A stretch of DNA of 43,463 nucleotides, from positions 1-43,463 of the forward strand of contig JAMNXM010000001.1 of assembly GCA_023653145.1 (NCBI GenBank), in the 5' to 3' direction. Positions 9,094 through 19,596 of the stretch are shown here, piece by piece. The notes beneath the pieces were generated by a model that searched no databases, had not been told where the DNA came from, and saw nothing but the letters and a program-made list of their open reading frames with translations. Source of the DNA: Minisyncoccota bacterium. GTDB lineage: Bacteria > Patescibacteriota > Minisyncoccia > Phycocordibacterales > Phycocordibacteraceae. A program made the position numbers and the translations under genes. Within the stretch, counting starts at the first letter, position 1, and each line of letters starts with the position of its first letter.

Positions 9094-9657
9094 ATGGTAC
9101 GAGGATTCTCGCTTATTGAACTTCTGGTGGTCACAGGCATTTTTGTCGTGATTACTGGCGTCGTACTTGCAAACAATGCACAGTTCAATAGTTCAGTACT
9201 CTTGGGGAACGCTGCCTACGACATTGCACTTTCGGTTCGCCAGGCGCAAGTATACGGACTTTCAACCCAGGCGTTTTCAGGACAGTTCCAGGTGGGGTAT
9301 GGACTTCACTTTGCAAGCCCAACTGAATATCTCTTATTTGCTGATCTCGATGAGGACAATAACAAACGCTATGACGCTGGTGTAGACCAAGTGGTAGCAA
9401 CCTATGCGCTGGGACGCGGGCACACAATCAAGCGTTTCTGTGGTATCCGTGCCGACCTCACCGAGGAGTGCTCAGATAATGCATCTGCGCTCACGCACAT
9501 CGATGTTGGTTTTTTGCGTCCAAACCCTGATGCAACGATAACCGGGGACAACCCGTCAGCGTATTCGATTGCACGCATTACCATTCAATCAACAGGCGGG
9601 CAAACACGCACTGTATCTATTCAGTCCACTGGCCAGATTTCCGTAACCAACCCATGA
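9094..9657 (+). CDS. Minor pilin / pseudopilin with a prepilin-type N-terminal methylation motif
   Basis: The N-terminus reads MVRG|FSLIELLVVTGIFVVITGV. It lies directly after pilD, and its stop overlaps the next start (ATGA). Confidence 0.75.
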   Translation: MVRGFSLIELLVVTGIFVVITGVVLANNAQFNSSVLLGNAAYDIALSVRQAQVYGLSTQAFSGQFQVGYGLHFASPTEYLLFADLDEDNNKRYDAGVDQVVATYALGRGHTIKRFCGIRADLTEECSDNASALTHIDVGFLRPNPDATITGDNPSAYSIARITIQSTGGQTRTVSIQSTGQISVTNP

Positions 9658-10235
9658 TCAGAGGATTCACGTTAATTGAACTGATGGTCGCGGTGTCGAT
9701 CTTCGCTATCGTGATGATGGTCGGCGTCGGAGCACTCCTCACTATGGTTGAAGCAAACAAGCGCGCACAAGGTATCAACCAGGTGAGCAATAACCTCAAT
9801 GCTGCTGTCGAGCAGATGTCGCGCTCGATACGTGTTGGCTCGACGTATTACTGCGGGGATACCGCGGTTCCACCGTCTCCACTCGTACTCACACAGCCGA
9901 GGGATTGCCCAAACAATGGAGGACTATTGTTCGCGTTCGAGGCAACGGGTGGTGACCCAGACGACATAGGGGACCAGGTAGTGTTTCGTCTCAATGGTAC
10001 ACAACTCGAGCGCTCCCTTGAGTCTGGTGCAAACGGCACTTGGGTTGCACTCACTGCGCCCGAAGTGCAAATAAGTAACTTCCGTTTCTACGTAACTGGC
10101 TCTACGCCGCTTGCAGGAGGCGACACCGAGCAGCCTCGCGTTCTTATGATTATTCGCGGTGTCGCAGAACTGCAAGGTGTACAAACTGACTTTACCGTCC
10201 AGTCCTCAGTAACTCAGCGCCTTATTGATATATGA
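9654..10235 (+). CDS. Minor pilin / pseudopilin
   Basis: The N-terminus reads MIRG|FTLIELMVAVSIFAIVMMV. It overlaps both neighbours by ATGA. Confidence 0.75.
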   Translation: MIRGFTLIELMVAVSIFAIVMMVGVGALLTMVEANKRAQGINQVSNNLNAAVEQMSRSIRVGSTYYCGDTAVPPSPLVLTQPRDCPNNGGLLFAFEATGGDPDDIGDQVVFRLNGTQLERSLESGANGTWVALTAPEVQISNFRFYVTGSTPLAGGDTEQPRVLMIIRGVAELQGVQTDFTVQSSVTQRLIDI

Positions 10236-10735
10236 ACCACACACGCACCGGATTCACACTACTTGAGACGCTTGTTGCTGTAGCAATCTTGCTGATGTCC
10301 CTTTTGGGGCCGTTTGCTATTGCGCAGCAGTCGTTAAAGAGTTCGTACTACGCACGCGATCAGGTGACCGCGTACTACTTGGCGCAAGAGGGAATAGAGT
10401 TTGTCCGTGCTGTCCGAGACCAAAATTATCTCTCTGCCGCTCCTTGGCTTGATGGTATTGGAGCCGTCTGCACTGACGTACCATGCGAAGTCGATTATCC
10501 AAACTTTACTTACAGTGCCTGCCAGAATGGCGTGTGTACGCCACTCAGAATTTCTGCTGCGGGAGGATTGTTTAATCACGCTACAGGCGAGCCGTCAAAG
10601 TTTACACGCACCGTCACACTCACACCCGTCGTCGGAAACCCCGAGAGTATGATCGTATCAGTAACCATTTCATGGCGCTCAGCCGGAGTGTCTCGCGTCT
10701 TTACCTTACAAGAGCGTTTATTTGATTGGCTATGA
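10232..10735 (+). CDS. Minor pilin / pseudopilin
   Basis: The N-terminus reads MNHTRTG|FTLLETLVAVAILLMSL, with Glu+5 present. Confidence 0.72.
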   Translation: MNHTRTGFTLLETLVAVAILLMSLLGPFAIAQQSLKSSYYARDQVTAYYLAQEGIEFVRAVRDQNYLSAAPWLDGIGAVCTDVPCEVDYPNFTYSACQNGVCTPLRISAAGGLFNHATGEPSKFTRTVTLTPVVGNPESMIVSVTISWRSAGVSRVFTLQERLFDWL

Positions 10736-11262
10736 AGTCCCCACGCGCATTCACTTCGACAAGCGACAGAGCATATGAAAGTCTGCTTTCATATGTATGG
10801 CGCGCCGTCGGAGCAAAACCACAAAGAGGTTTTACATTGCTCATGTCGGTTTTGATTTCGAGTGTGCTTCTTGCGCTCGGGTTTGAGATATACAACCTTG
10901 CATCTAAAGAGGTGATACTTTCATCCGCTGGTCGTGAGTCGCAGTTTGCGTTTTTTGCAGCAGACACTGGAGTAGAGTGTGCGCTCTGGGCGGACACAAC
11001 GCTCGACGCCTTTGCGACATCGTCACCTCTTACTGAAATCACGTGTGGCACAGCGCCGTCACTACTTACGCGAGTACAAAACGGCACCGACTACGTGAGC
11101 ACTTTTACCTTTACGTCGGGTGCGGGGAACAGTGCACAGTGTGTTGATGTACGTGTGACGCGTGGCGACCCCAAGCGTACCGTCATCGAGTCATTTGGTC
11201 ACAATACCTGCAACATTGCGGACCCGCGCCGCCTTGAGCGTGCCATCCGCGTGACGTATTAA
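10732..11262 (+). CDS. Atypical pilin-like protein (PilX-position) with a long N-terminal extension and no Glu+5
   Basis: The cleavage-site region reads ...AKPQRG|FTLLMSVLISSVLLALGF. I chose ATG 10732 because it overlaps the upstream TGA (ATGA); the track start at 10726 is TTG. Confidence 0.6.
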   Translation: MKSPRAFTSTSDRAYESLLSYVWRAVGAKPQRGFTLLMSVLISSVLLALGFEIYNLASKEVILSSAGRESQFAFFAADTGVECALWADTTLDAFATSSPLTEITCGTAPSLLTRVQNGTDYVSTFTFTSGAGNSAQCVDVRVTRGDPKRTVIESFGHNTCNIADPRRLERAIRVTY

Positions 11263-11265
11263 TAG

Positions 11266-13380
<2,115 letters not shown>

Positions 13381-13383
<3 letters not shown>

Positions 13384-13389
13384 TAGTAT
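13381..13389 (+). promoter_or_regulatory. Extended -10 box TGATAGTAT, 6 nt upstream of the gatC ATG (overlaps the ligA stop)
   Basis: Read directly from the sequence. Confidence 0.45.
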
Positions 13390-13395
13390 TTCGAC

Positions 13396-13689
13396 ATGGC
13401 AGTCACGACTGATGATGTAAAAAAACTGGCAGAGTTGAGTCGTCTCGCCCTCTCAGAAGGGGAGATAGAGAAGCTCCGCACAGAGATTGACTCTATAGTC
13501 TCTTATATTGATGCTGTGCAGAAAATCCCGCTTCCGGAAGGAGTGGCCCCGTCTCCACACCTCGATATAACTAACGTGATGCGCGACGATGTAGTCGCAC
13601 ACGAAGGGCAGGCGCACAGCGATGCGCTCACAGCACAGTTTCCTGATCGAGATGGCGATTACTTACGGGTGAAGAAAATTCTTGGCTAG
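13396..13689 (+). CDS. gatC: Asp/Glu-tRNA amidotransferase subunit C
   Basis: It is 97 aa, has the typical DVKKLAELSRLALSEGE start, and lies immediately upstream of gatA. Confidence 0.85.
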   Translation: MAVTTDDVKKLAELSRLALSEGEIEKLRTEIDSIVSYIDAVQKIPLPEGVAPSPHLDITNVMRDDVVAHEGQAHSDALTAQFPDRDGDYLRVKKILG

Positions 13690-13690
13690 T

Positions 13691-15097
13691 ATGGAACTTA
13701 CTGACCTTACGGCGCGCGCGCTTGCTGATGGATATAAGGCAAAGCAATTTTCAGTGCCTGATGTTATAAGTGCGTACCTACAGCGCATCGAAGCAGAGAA
13801 TCCAAAGTTGAATGCATACCTTGAGGTGTTTGATGACGCACGCGCCGCAGCTACAGTTGCACAAGAGCGCATCGTGCGCGGTACGGCGCACCCACTGACT
13901 GGTGTCCCGATAGCAGTCAAAGACAATATCTTGATTAACGGGAAGCGGGTGAGTGCGGCGTCAAAAATGCTTGAGAATTACACCGCAACCTATGATGCGA
14001 CGGCCATCAAGAAACTAAAGGACGCTGGCGCGGTGTTTCTTGGTCGCACCAATATGGACGAGTTCGCCATGGGCTCATCTACTGAGCATTCGGCATTTGG
14101 TCCGACACGAAACCCACACGATACTGCCCGCGTTCCTGGCGGCTCGTCTGGTGGTTCTGCCGCTGCAGTTGCGGCGCACCTCGCACCTATTGCGCTTGGG
14201 TCTGAGACGTGCGGCTCAATACGCCAACCGGCATCGCTGTGCGGACTTGTTGGATTTAAGCCGACGTATGGCGCGGTTTCGCGCTCGGGACTTATTGCGA
14301 TGGGGTCGTCGCTTGACCAGATAGGCCCATTTGCACGCACCGTAGCGGACGCCGAACTCGTGTTTAACACGATCCGTGGGTGTGACCCACTTGATGGTAC
14401 GACACTCGAAGACTACTCAGAGGGTGTAGCAAAAAACAAAAAAATTGGTGTACCACGTTCGTTCGTCAACGACGCACAACCTGAAACCAAAGTAGTGTTT
14501 GAAAAGAAACTGACCGAGCTAGCAGGGAAGGGGTACGACATTGTGGACATTGAACTACCGTCAGCACCCTATGCACTGCCTGCGTACTACATCGTAATGC
14601 CAGCAGAGGTATCGACGAACCTCGCACGCCTCGATGGCATGCGCTACGGACATCACGTGGATGGCATGAATCTTTTGGACGAGTATAAAAAGTCGCGCGC
14701 TGAAGGGTTTGGTCCCGAGACGCGACGCCGCATTATTTTAGGCACCTACATACTTTCGTCTGGATACTATGACGCATACTATCGACGTGCGACTGCGCTT
14801 CGCAGTATTATTGCTGCTGATTTGGCGCGCGCCTACGAGACCGTGTCATACATTGCAACACCAACAGCACCAGGTCCTGCGTTTAAAATTGGTGAAAAGG
14901 CTGACCCAGTATCGATGTACCTTGAAGATATTTTCTCAGCGCCAGCGAACCTCGCGGGACTCCCTTCGATTTCTGTACCGATGGGTACCGTGGCACGGGA
15001 CGGGAAGGACTTGCCAGTTGGGATACAGTTCATGACCCCAAAGCGCACCGACGCAACACTCTTTAGCGTTGCGCGCGATACACTGGGTGAGGCATGA
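13691..15097 (+). CDS. gatA: Asp/Glu-tRNA amidotransferase subunit A (amidase signature family)
   Basis: It has the amidase signature GGSSGGSAAAVAA and a catalytic Lys context (IAVKDNI). I chose ATG 13691, just after the gatC TAG; the track start at 13682 is TTG. Confidence 0.93.
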   Translation: MELTDLTARALADGYKAKQFSVPDVISAYLQRIEAENPKLNAYLEVFDDARAAATVAQERIVRGTAHPLTGVPIAVKDNILINGKRVSAASKMLENYTATYDATAIKKLKDAGAVFLGRTNMDEFAMGSSTEHSAFGPTRNPHDTARVPGGSSGGSAAAVAAHLAPIALGSETCGSIRQPASLCGLVGFKPTYGAVSRSGLIAMGSSLDQIGPFARTVADAELVFNTIRGCDPLDGTTLEDYSEGVAKNKKIGVPRSFVNDAQPETKVVFEKKLTELAGKGYDIVDIELPSAPYALPAYYIVMPAEVSTNLARLDGMRYGHHVDGMNLLDEYKKSRAEGFGPETRRRIILGTYILSSGYYDAYYRRATALRSIIAADLARAYETVSYIATPTAPGPAFKIGEKADPVSMYLEDIFSAPANLAGLPSISVPMGTVARDGKDLPVGIQFMTPKRTDATLFSVARDTLGEA

Positions 15098-15978
15098 GTC
15101 TAAACGTAGCAAACGTTGCGCAAACAGTCACTGACACCGTGCCGGCGGTGCCGTTTATTAACTGGCAGTATGTGTACTGCTTTTTTGTCACGCTCTTCGG
15201 TGGTACCTGTGCAGAAGATACACTCACCGTCCCAAGCATTGATGTCCCCGCGGTACCGTCTGTAGATACGGTCGTTGACGCTGCGGTCACTGGTGGGCAA
15301 GGTGCTCTCGACTCAGCACACGCAGCCGGTGGTGGGTTTTGGTCATGGCTTTGGCCGTTTGGTAACGCCGGTCCAACTAGTGGATCTGGGACAGGTGGGG
15401 TAGTGGATGCAGTTCAGCCTGTGACGGATGTTGGTTTTTGGGCTTCAGTAGCGTCCAGCATACCAGAGCCAATTATGGTTGTACTCTCAACCATCGGGGC
15501 TGTGTTTTCATTCTTATGGAACCTCTTTAGCATTCTTTCGCATACACTCTCGGGCATACTGTTCCTTGCGATTCTGGTTGCGGTGGGTGGGATTATTATG
15601 ATTCGACTCAAAGAGTGGTCTGCGCTTGGAGCGCTTCCACCGCGGCCGTCAGGGAAGTCGTATGGATGGAGTCGTTGGCAGGATCTACTTGATGCTGCAA
15701 TGACTGCGGAACCTAAGCGTTGGCGTGAGGCAGTGTTGGCTGCGGACACCATGCTCGGAGAGTTGTTGACACGCATCGGTTACCACGGCGAGTCGACCGT
15801 CGTGCAGATGCGATCAATCCCTGAGGGCGCGTTTGTCACCTTGCCGCAGGCGTGGGAGGCACACCGCATCCGTAACTTTATCGCACATAAAAATTCAAAC
15901 TTTATTTTGACGCAACGCGAAGCATTTCGCGTTATGAAACTGTACGAACAAGTGTTTGAAGAGTTTGATTTTATCTAG
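15094..15978 (+). CDS. Hypothetical membrane protein with a conserved C-terminal helical domain
   Basis: It overlaps gatA by ATGA. It has central TM helices (IMVVLSTIGAVFSFLW, ILFLAILVAVGGIIMI) and a soluble C-terminal domain (...AWEAHRIRNFIAHK...). I cannot assign a function. Confidence 0.55.
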   Translation: MSLNVANVAQTVTDTVPAVPFINWQYVYCFFVTLFGGTCAEDTLTVPSIDVPAVPSVDTVVDAAVTGGQGALDSAHAAGGGFWSWLWPFGNAGPTSGSGTGGVVDAVQPVTDVGFWASVASSIPEPIMVVLSTIGAVFSFLWNLFSILSHTLSGILFLAILVAVGGIIMIRLKEWSALGALPPRPSGKSYGWSRWQDLLDAAMTAEPKRWREAVLAADTMLGELLTRIGYHGESTVVQMRSIPEGAFVTLPQAWEAHRIRNFIAHKNSNFILTQREAFRVMKLYEQVFEEFDFI

Positions 15979-16339
15979 CGTTTTTAAATCGCTTATATGT
16001 ACGGATTCGATGACAATTTGCGCACACTAGATCACACTTACTCATCTCCGCCTTTATTTTTTCGATACTCAGTACTGATCTAGCCCAGTCTCCAATCGCG
16101 AACTTCTTGTCTGCCAGCCCGTTCCTATGATCGAAGTCTAGGACAAACGGCGCTCTCCTACCTTCGAATCCACAGTCGAGGCATTTGCCTTCCAGTTTGC
16201 GCTGCATGATAAATGCCGCGACCTTCGTCTTAAGTTTCGCAACATAACTTATATGTTTCTTCCTATTCTTTGGGTACCACACCTCTTTCATGTATTGAGC
16301 GTGGTATCGTTTTCTTTTTTTAGGGTCCTTGAGGGGCAT
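15971..16339 (-). CDS. HNH endonuclease (free-standing, 122 aa)
   Basis: It has the CLDCG...DFDHRNG...CANCHRIRT HNH/Zn-ribbon motif. Its 3' end overlaps the convergent upstream gene by 8 nt. Confidence 0.8.
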   Translation of the reverse strand: MPLKDPKKRKRYHAQYMKEVWYPKNRKKHISYVAKLKTKVAAFIMQRKLEGKCLDCGFEGRRAPFVLDFDHRNGLADKKFAIGDWARSVLSIEKIKAEMSKCDLVCANCHRIRTYKRFKNAR

Positions 16340-16345
16340 ATGTAT

Positions 16346-16354
16346 AGTATAGCA
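16346..16354 (-). promoter_or_regulatory. Extended -10 box TGCTATACT (minus strand), 6 nt upstream of the HNH ATG 16339
   Basis: This is the reverse complement of AGTATAGCA, read directly from the sequence. Confidence 0.5.
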
Positions 16355-16420
16355 TCATAAACTAGATATCATGCATGAAACCTAACTAATGAATGGCTTG
16401 TGCTCCAGATTTTTCTCTTG

Positions 16421-16426
16421 TATAGT
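16421..16426 (+). promoter_or_regulatory. -10 box TATAGT, 6 nt upstream of the mature 5' end of tRNA-Met
   Basis: Read directly from the sequence. The spacing matches that at the leaderless mRNA starts. Confidence 0.45.
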
Positions 16427-16432
16427 ACTAGC

Positions 16433-16503
16433 AGCGGGATGGAGGAGTGGTACCTCACAAGGCTCATAACCTTGGGACGCACGTTCGAATCGTGCTCCCG
16501 CAA
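16433..16503 (+). tRNA. tRNA-Met (anticodon CAT) with initiator-like features; CCA not encoded
   Basis: Hand-folded cloverleaf. Acceptor stem AGCGGGA/TCCCGCA with an A1xA72 mismatch. D stem GAGG/CCTC (A11:U24). Anticodon stem CAAGG/CCTTG with loop CTCATAA. 4-nt variable loop. T arm GCACG-TTCGAAT-CGTGC. Confidence 0.8.
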
Positions 16504-16513
16504 CAAGTTATAA

Positions 16514-16536
16514 ACCCACCGAATGGTGGGTTTTTT
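16514..16536 (+). terminator. Rho-independent terminator after tRNA-Met
   Basis: The stem is ACCCACC / GGTGGGT with loop GAAT, followed by a T tract. Confidence 0.8.
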
Positions 16537-16539
16537 CGT

Positions 16540-16548
16540 TGCTATACT
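16540..16548 (+). promoter_or_regulatory. Extended -10 box TGCTATACT, 6 nt upstream of the gap ATG 16555
   Basis: Read directly from the sequence. Confidence 0.5.
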
Positions 16549-16554
16549 TTACCT

Positions 16555-17571
16555 ATGGCTATCAAAGTTGGGATAAACGGATTTGGCCGCATTGGCCGCA
16601 CATTATTTAGATACGCATACGGTAAGGGAGAGATTGAGGTAGTTGCAATTAACGACCTTACTGACGCAAAGGCTCTAGCGTACCTCCTGCAGTACGACAC
16701 CACGTACGGCAAGGCGCCGTTTGAAGTGCATGCAGACAATGGTCAGCTCATTGTCGATGGCCGCGCCATTAAAGTTACAACCGAGAAGGAGCCTGCAAAG
16801 ATTCCATGGGCCGAGATGGGTGTTGATGTAGTCGTCGAGTCAACCGGTTTCTTTGACTCGTTTGAAAAGGCTAAGGCGCACCTTACTGGTGGCGCTAAGC
16901 ACGTCGTGCTTACTGCACCTGCAAAGGATGCGGACTCGAACGGGGAAGGAGCAACGGTCTTAGTTGGTATTAATGAGGACAAACTCGCAACGTGTTCTGT
17001 TTCATCAAACGCGTCCTGCACCACAAATGCCGGCTCTCCCTTGATGGCAATACTCGACGAAGCGCTCGGTATCGAGCATGCGCTCCTTACGACGACGCAC
17101 GCATACACGGCGTCACAGTCTCTCGTCGACGGACTCACGAAGGGTCACAACTTCCGCGAGTACCGCGCAGGCGCTATGAACCTGGTCCCAACCTCAACGG
17201 GCGCCGCTATTGCGGTCACGAAAGTACTTACGCAACTTGATAAAAAGTTTGATGGCGTCTCTATTCGTGCTCCGATTGTTTCCGGTTCTATCGTCGACGT
17301 AACGTTTGTAGCAAAGCGCGAAACATCAGCCGAAGAGGTAAATGCAATATTGCGCCGTGCTGCTGCCGAGCACCGCTGGGAGGGAATTTTTTCAGCAACT
17401 GATGAACAGTTGGTTTCATCTGACATTGTCGGTATGCCGTACGGGTCTATAGCAGACTTGGGGCTCACTCGCGTTGTTGGAGGTACTTTGGTTAAAGTCT
17501 GTGCTTGGTACGATAACGAGATGGGGTACGTCTCAACCTTACACCGTCATGTCGTCCGCGCTGCAAAGTAA
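16555..17571 (+). CDS. gap: Glyceraldehyde-3-phosphate dehydrogenase
   Basis: It has the MAIKVGINGFGRIGR Rossmann start and the catalytic motif SNASCTTN. The track start at 16447 runs through the tRNA and its terminator, so I rejected it. Confidence 0.93.
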   Translation: MAIKVGINGFGRIGRTLFRYAYGKGEIEVVAINDLTDAKALAYLLQYDTTYGKAPFEVHADNGQLIVDGRAIKVTTEKEPAKIPWAEMGVDVVVESTGFFDSFEKAKAHLTGGAKHVVLTAPAKDADSNGEGATVLVGINEDKLATCSVSSNASCTTNAGSPLMAILDEALGIEHALLTTTHAYTASQSLVDGLTKGHNFREYRAGAMNLVPTSTGAAIAVTKVLTQLDKKFDGVSIRAPIVSGSIVDVTFVAKRETSAEEVNAILRRAAAEHRWEGIFSATDEQLVSSDIVGMPYGSIADLGLTRVVGGTLVKVCAWYDNEMGYVSTLHRHVVRAAK

Positions 17572-18070
17572 CTTTGCGAACACCGTGTTCGTGGCGGCTG
17601 ACCACGCCGGTTTTGTGATGAAAGAAAACATCAAGACGAAACTCATCGAGCACGGGTTGCATGTTGTTGACCTTGGAGCACATACGCTTGATCCGCTCGA
17701 CGACTACACCGATGCAGTGCGACCTGTGGGAGACCAGTTGATTGCAGACCCTGCTGCTCGGGCGGTGGTGTTTTGTGGTTCCGGGCAAGGAGAGGGAATA
17801 GTGCTGAATCGTCGACGCGGTGTACGCGCCGCGGTCTTTTATGGTCCGCGAGCAGCGATACAACCTATTGAGTTAGAGCACACCTCTCCATCAGTAGACG
17901 GATACGATCCAGTGCGTTTAGCGCGCATGCACAATGATGCAAATGCACTGTGTATTGGTGCGCGATTCACGACTGAGGAAGAAGCCTATCATGCAGCACT
18001 TTTGTTTGTTGGAACCCCGTTTAGTGGGACCGAGCGTCACGTACGTCGCATACACAACATCGATGAATGA
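17549..18070 (+). CDS. rpiB: Ribose-5-phosphate isomerase B (RpiB/LacAB family)
   Basis: It has VFVAADHAGF, the catalytic Cys context FCGSGQGEGIVLNRRRGVRAA, and a C-terminal ERHVRRI. The start is uncertain: ATG 17549 overlaps gap, and GTG 17585 is an in-frame alternative. Confidence 0.8.
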   Translation: MSSALQSNFANTVFVAADHAGFVMKENIKTKLIEHGLHVVDLGAHTLDPLDDYTDAVRPVGDQLIADPAARAVVFCGSGQGEGIVLNRRRGVRAAVFYGPRAAIQPIELEHTSPSVDGYDPVRLARMHNDANALCIGARFTTEEEAYHAALLFVGTPFSGTERHVRRIHNIDE

Positions 18071-18731
18071 CATCGTCCCTGCAATCCCAGCAGCATCTTG
18101 GGATGAGTTGGTGAGGACACTTGAGTCGGTACGAGGTGTGGCGCCATGGTTTCAGATAGATGTCTGTGACGGAGTGTTTGTGCCTACACGCTCATGGCCG
18201 ATGCAGCCAATGGATCGCGCACAGTTTACTAAGTTAGTGCGTGGTGACGAAGGTCTCCCGTTTTGGCAAGATTTCACGTTCGAGGTGGACCTCATGGTCC
18301 ACCATCCGGAGCGCCACCTGAGTGCGTGGATTGCTGCTGGTGTGTCACGAGCGGTTATACACCTCGAATCAAATCACGATTGGTCGCTCGTCAAAGAGGC
18401 CGCGGGTGACACACTCGAACTCGGGCTTGCTATTGACCTCGACCCACCACTCGAAAAACTTGCCGCCTATGTGCCTCGTGTTGAATATCTCCAAATTATG
18501 GGTATCGCAAGACTCGGAAAGCAGGGGACTCCGCCAGATGAGCGCGTGTATGAACTGCTCAGCACAGTCCGCGAGAATTTCCCTGATGTTACAATTCAGA
18601 TTGATGGTGGTGTTACACTCGAGAATGCGAAAGCACTACTTGCAGGCGGCGCAGATCGTTTAGTGGTTGGATCAAAAATTGTTAAAGCAGACGTTCCTGC
18701 AGAAGCGTTTCGGGCGTTCGCACATCTCTAA
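18063..18731 (+). CDS. rpe: Ribulose-phosphate 3-epimerase family protein (divergent)
   Basis: It has QIDVCDGVFVP, DLMVHHP, HLE and IQIDGGV...AGGADRLVVGSKI, arranged as in a TIM-barrel Rpe. ATG 18063 overlaps the end of rpiB. Confidence 0.7.
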   Translation: MNDIVPAIPAASWDELVRTLESVRGVAPWFQIDVCDGVFVPTRSWPMQPMDRAQFTKLVRGDEGLPFWQDFTFEVDLMVHHPERHLSAWIAAGVSRAVIHLESNHDWSLVKEAAGDTLELGLAIDLDPPLEKLAAYVPRVEYLQIMGIARLGKQGTPPDERVYELLSTVRENFPDVTIQIDGGVTLENAKALLAGGADRLVVGSKIVKADVPAEAFRAFAHL

Positions 18732-18732
18732 C

Positions 18733-19596
18733 ATGTCATACCTCACTGAAGACTCAGAAACACGACTCATCGCTCAGGCGCGCGCAGTCCGCGAGACGAT
18801 TATCCAAATGCTTGTTGCGGCAGGCTCGGGACACACCGCAGGTCCCTTGGGCATGGCTGATATATTTACTGCATTCTATTTTCATATTCTTAACCACAAC
18901 CCCAAGGATCCGCACTGGGTAGAGCGCGACCGTCTGATCCTCTCGAATGGGCACATCGTTCCGGTGCGATACGCCGCGATGGCGCACGCAGGGTACTTTC
19001 CTATAGAAGAGTGTCTTACGCTCCGCAGGTTTAAGTCACGTCTGCAAGGTCACCCCGAGCGCGAGGTGTTGCCGGGTGTCGAGACGACCTCGGGCCCCTT
19101 GGGCTCAGGACTTTCACAAGCTGCGGGTATTGCGTACGCCGCTCGCATGGACGGAAAAAAGTTCCATACCTATTGCCTGATGTCAGACGGCGAACAGCAG
19201 TGCGGCAACATTTGGGAAGCGGCGATGTTTGCGGGGCGCAATCGTCTTGCCAATCTTACTGCGGTGATTGACCGCAACAATATTCAGATTAATGGTATGA
19301 CAGAAGATGTGATGCCGCTCGAACCCTTGCGAGACAAGTATGAGTCGTTTGGGTGGCATACGCTCGAGATCAATGGGCACAATATGGAAGAGATAGTTGA
19401 CGCAGTTGAGACCGCAAAAGCGGTAACTGAAAAACCGACCGTTATTATTGCGCGCACCATTCCTGGAAAGGGGGTGCCAGAGATAGAGTATGACTTCCGT
19501 TGGCATGGAAAGCCACCAACTAAGGCGGAGGCAGAACAGTTTTTAATCGCACTCCGCTCTCTTGGCGGACAAGTACACCCAAGCGACCATGCTTAA
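18733..19596 (+). CDS. Transketolase, N-terminal (TPP-binding) subunit of a split enzyme
   Basis: It has GSGHTAGPLGMADI, SNGH, GPLGSGLSQAAG and CLMSDGEQQCGNIWEA (the TPP-binding GDG-like motif). It is about 288 aa and is followed by the C-terminal subunit. Confidence 0.88.
   Translation: MSYLTEDSETRLIAQARAVRETIIQMLVAAGSGHTAGPLGMADIFTAFYFHILNHNPKDPHWVERDRLILSNGHIVPVRYAAMAHAGYFPIEECLTLRRFKSRLQGHPEREVLPGVETTSGPLGSGLSQAAGIAYAARMDGKKFHTYCLMSDGEQQCGNIWEAAMFAGRNRLANLTAVIDRNNIQINGMTEDVMPLEPLRDKYESFGWHTLEINGHNMEEIVDAVETAKAVTEKPTVIIARTIPGKGVPEIEYDFRWHGKPPTKAEAEQFLIALRSLGGQVHPSDHA

Noticed and set aside
15971-16339. The HNH genes as part of a prophage, integrative element or restriction-modification system
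   Set aside because: No integrase, terminase, methyltransferase partner, direct repeats flanking the tRNAs or compositional break could be seen. The flanking genes are housekeeping. The only methyltransferase (42486-43289) is 4 kb away, with its own promoter and no nuclease partner.
16447-16554. The ORF-track N-terminal extension of the GAPDH gene (start at 16447)
   Set aside because: The extension runs through the tRNA-Met gene (16433-16503) and its terminator (16514-16536). The conserved GAPDH N-terminus MAIKVGINGFGRIGR begins at ATG 16555, 6 nt after a TGCTATACT box.
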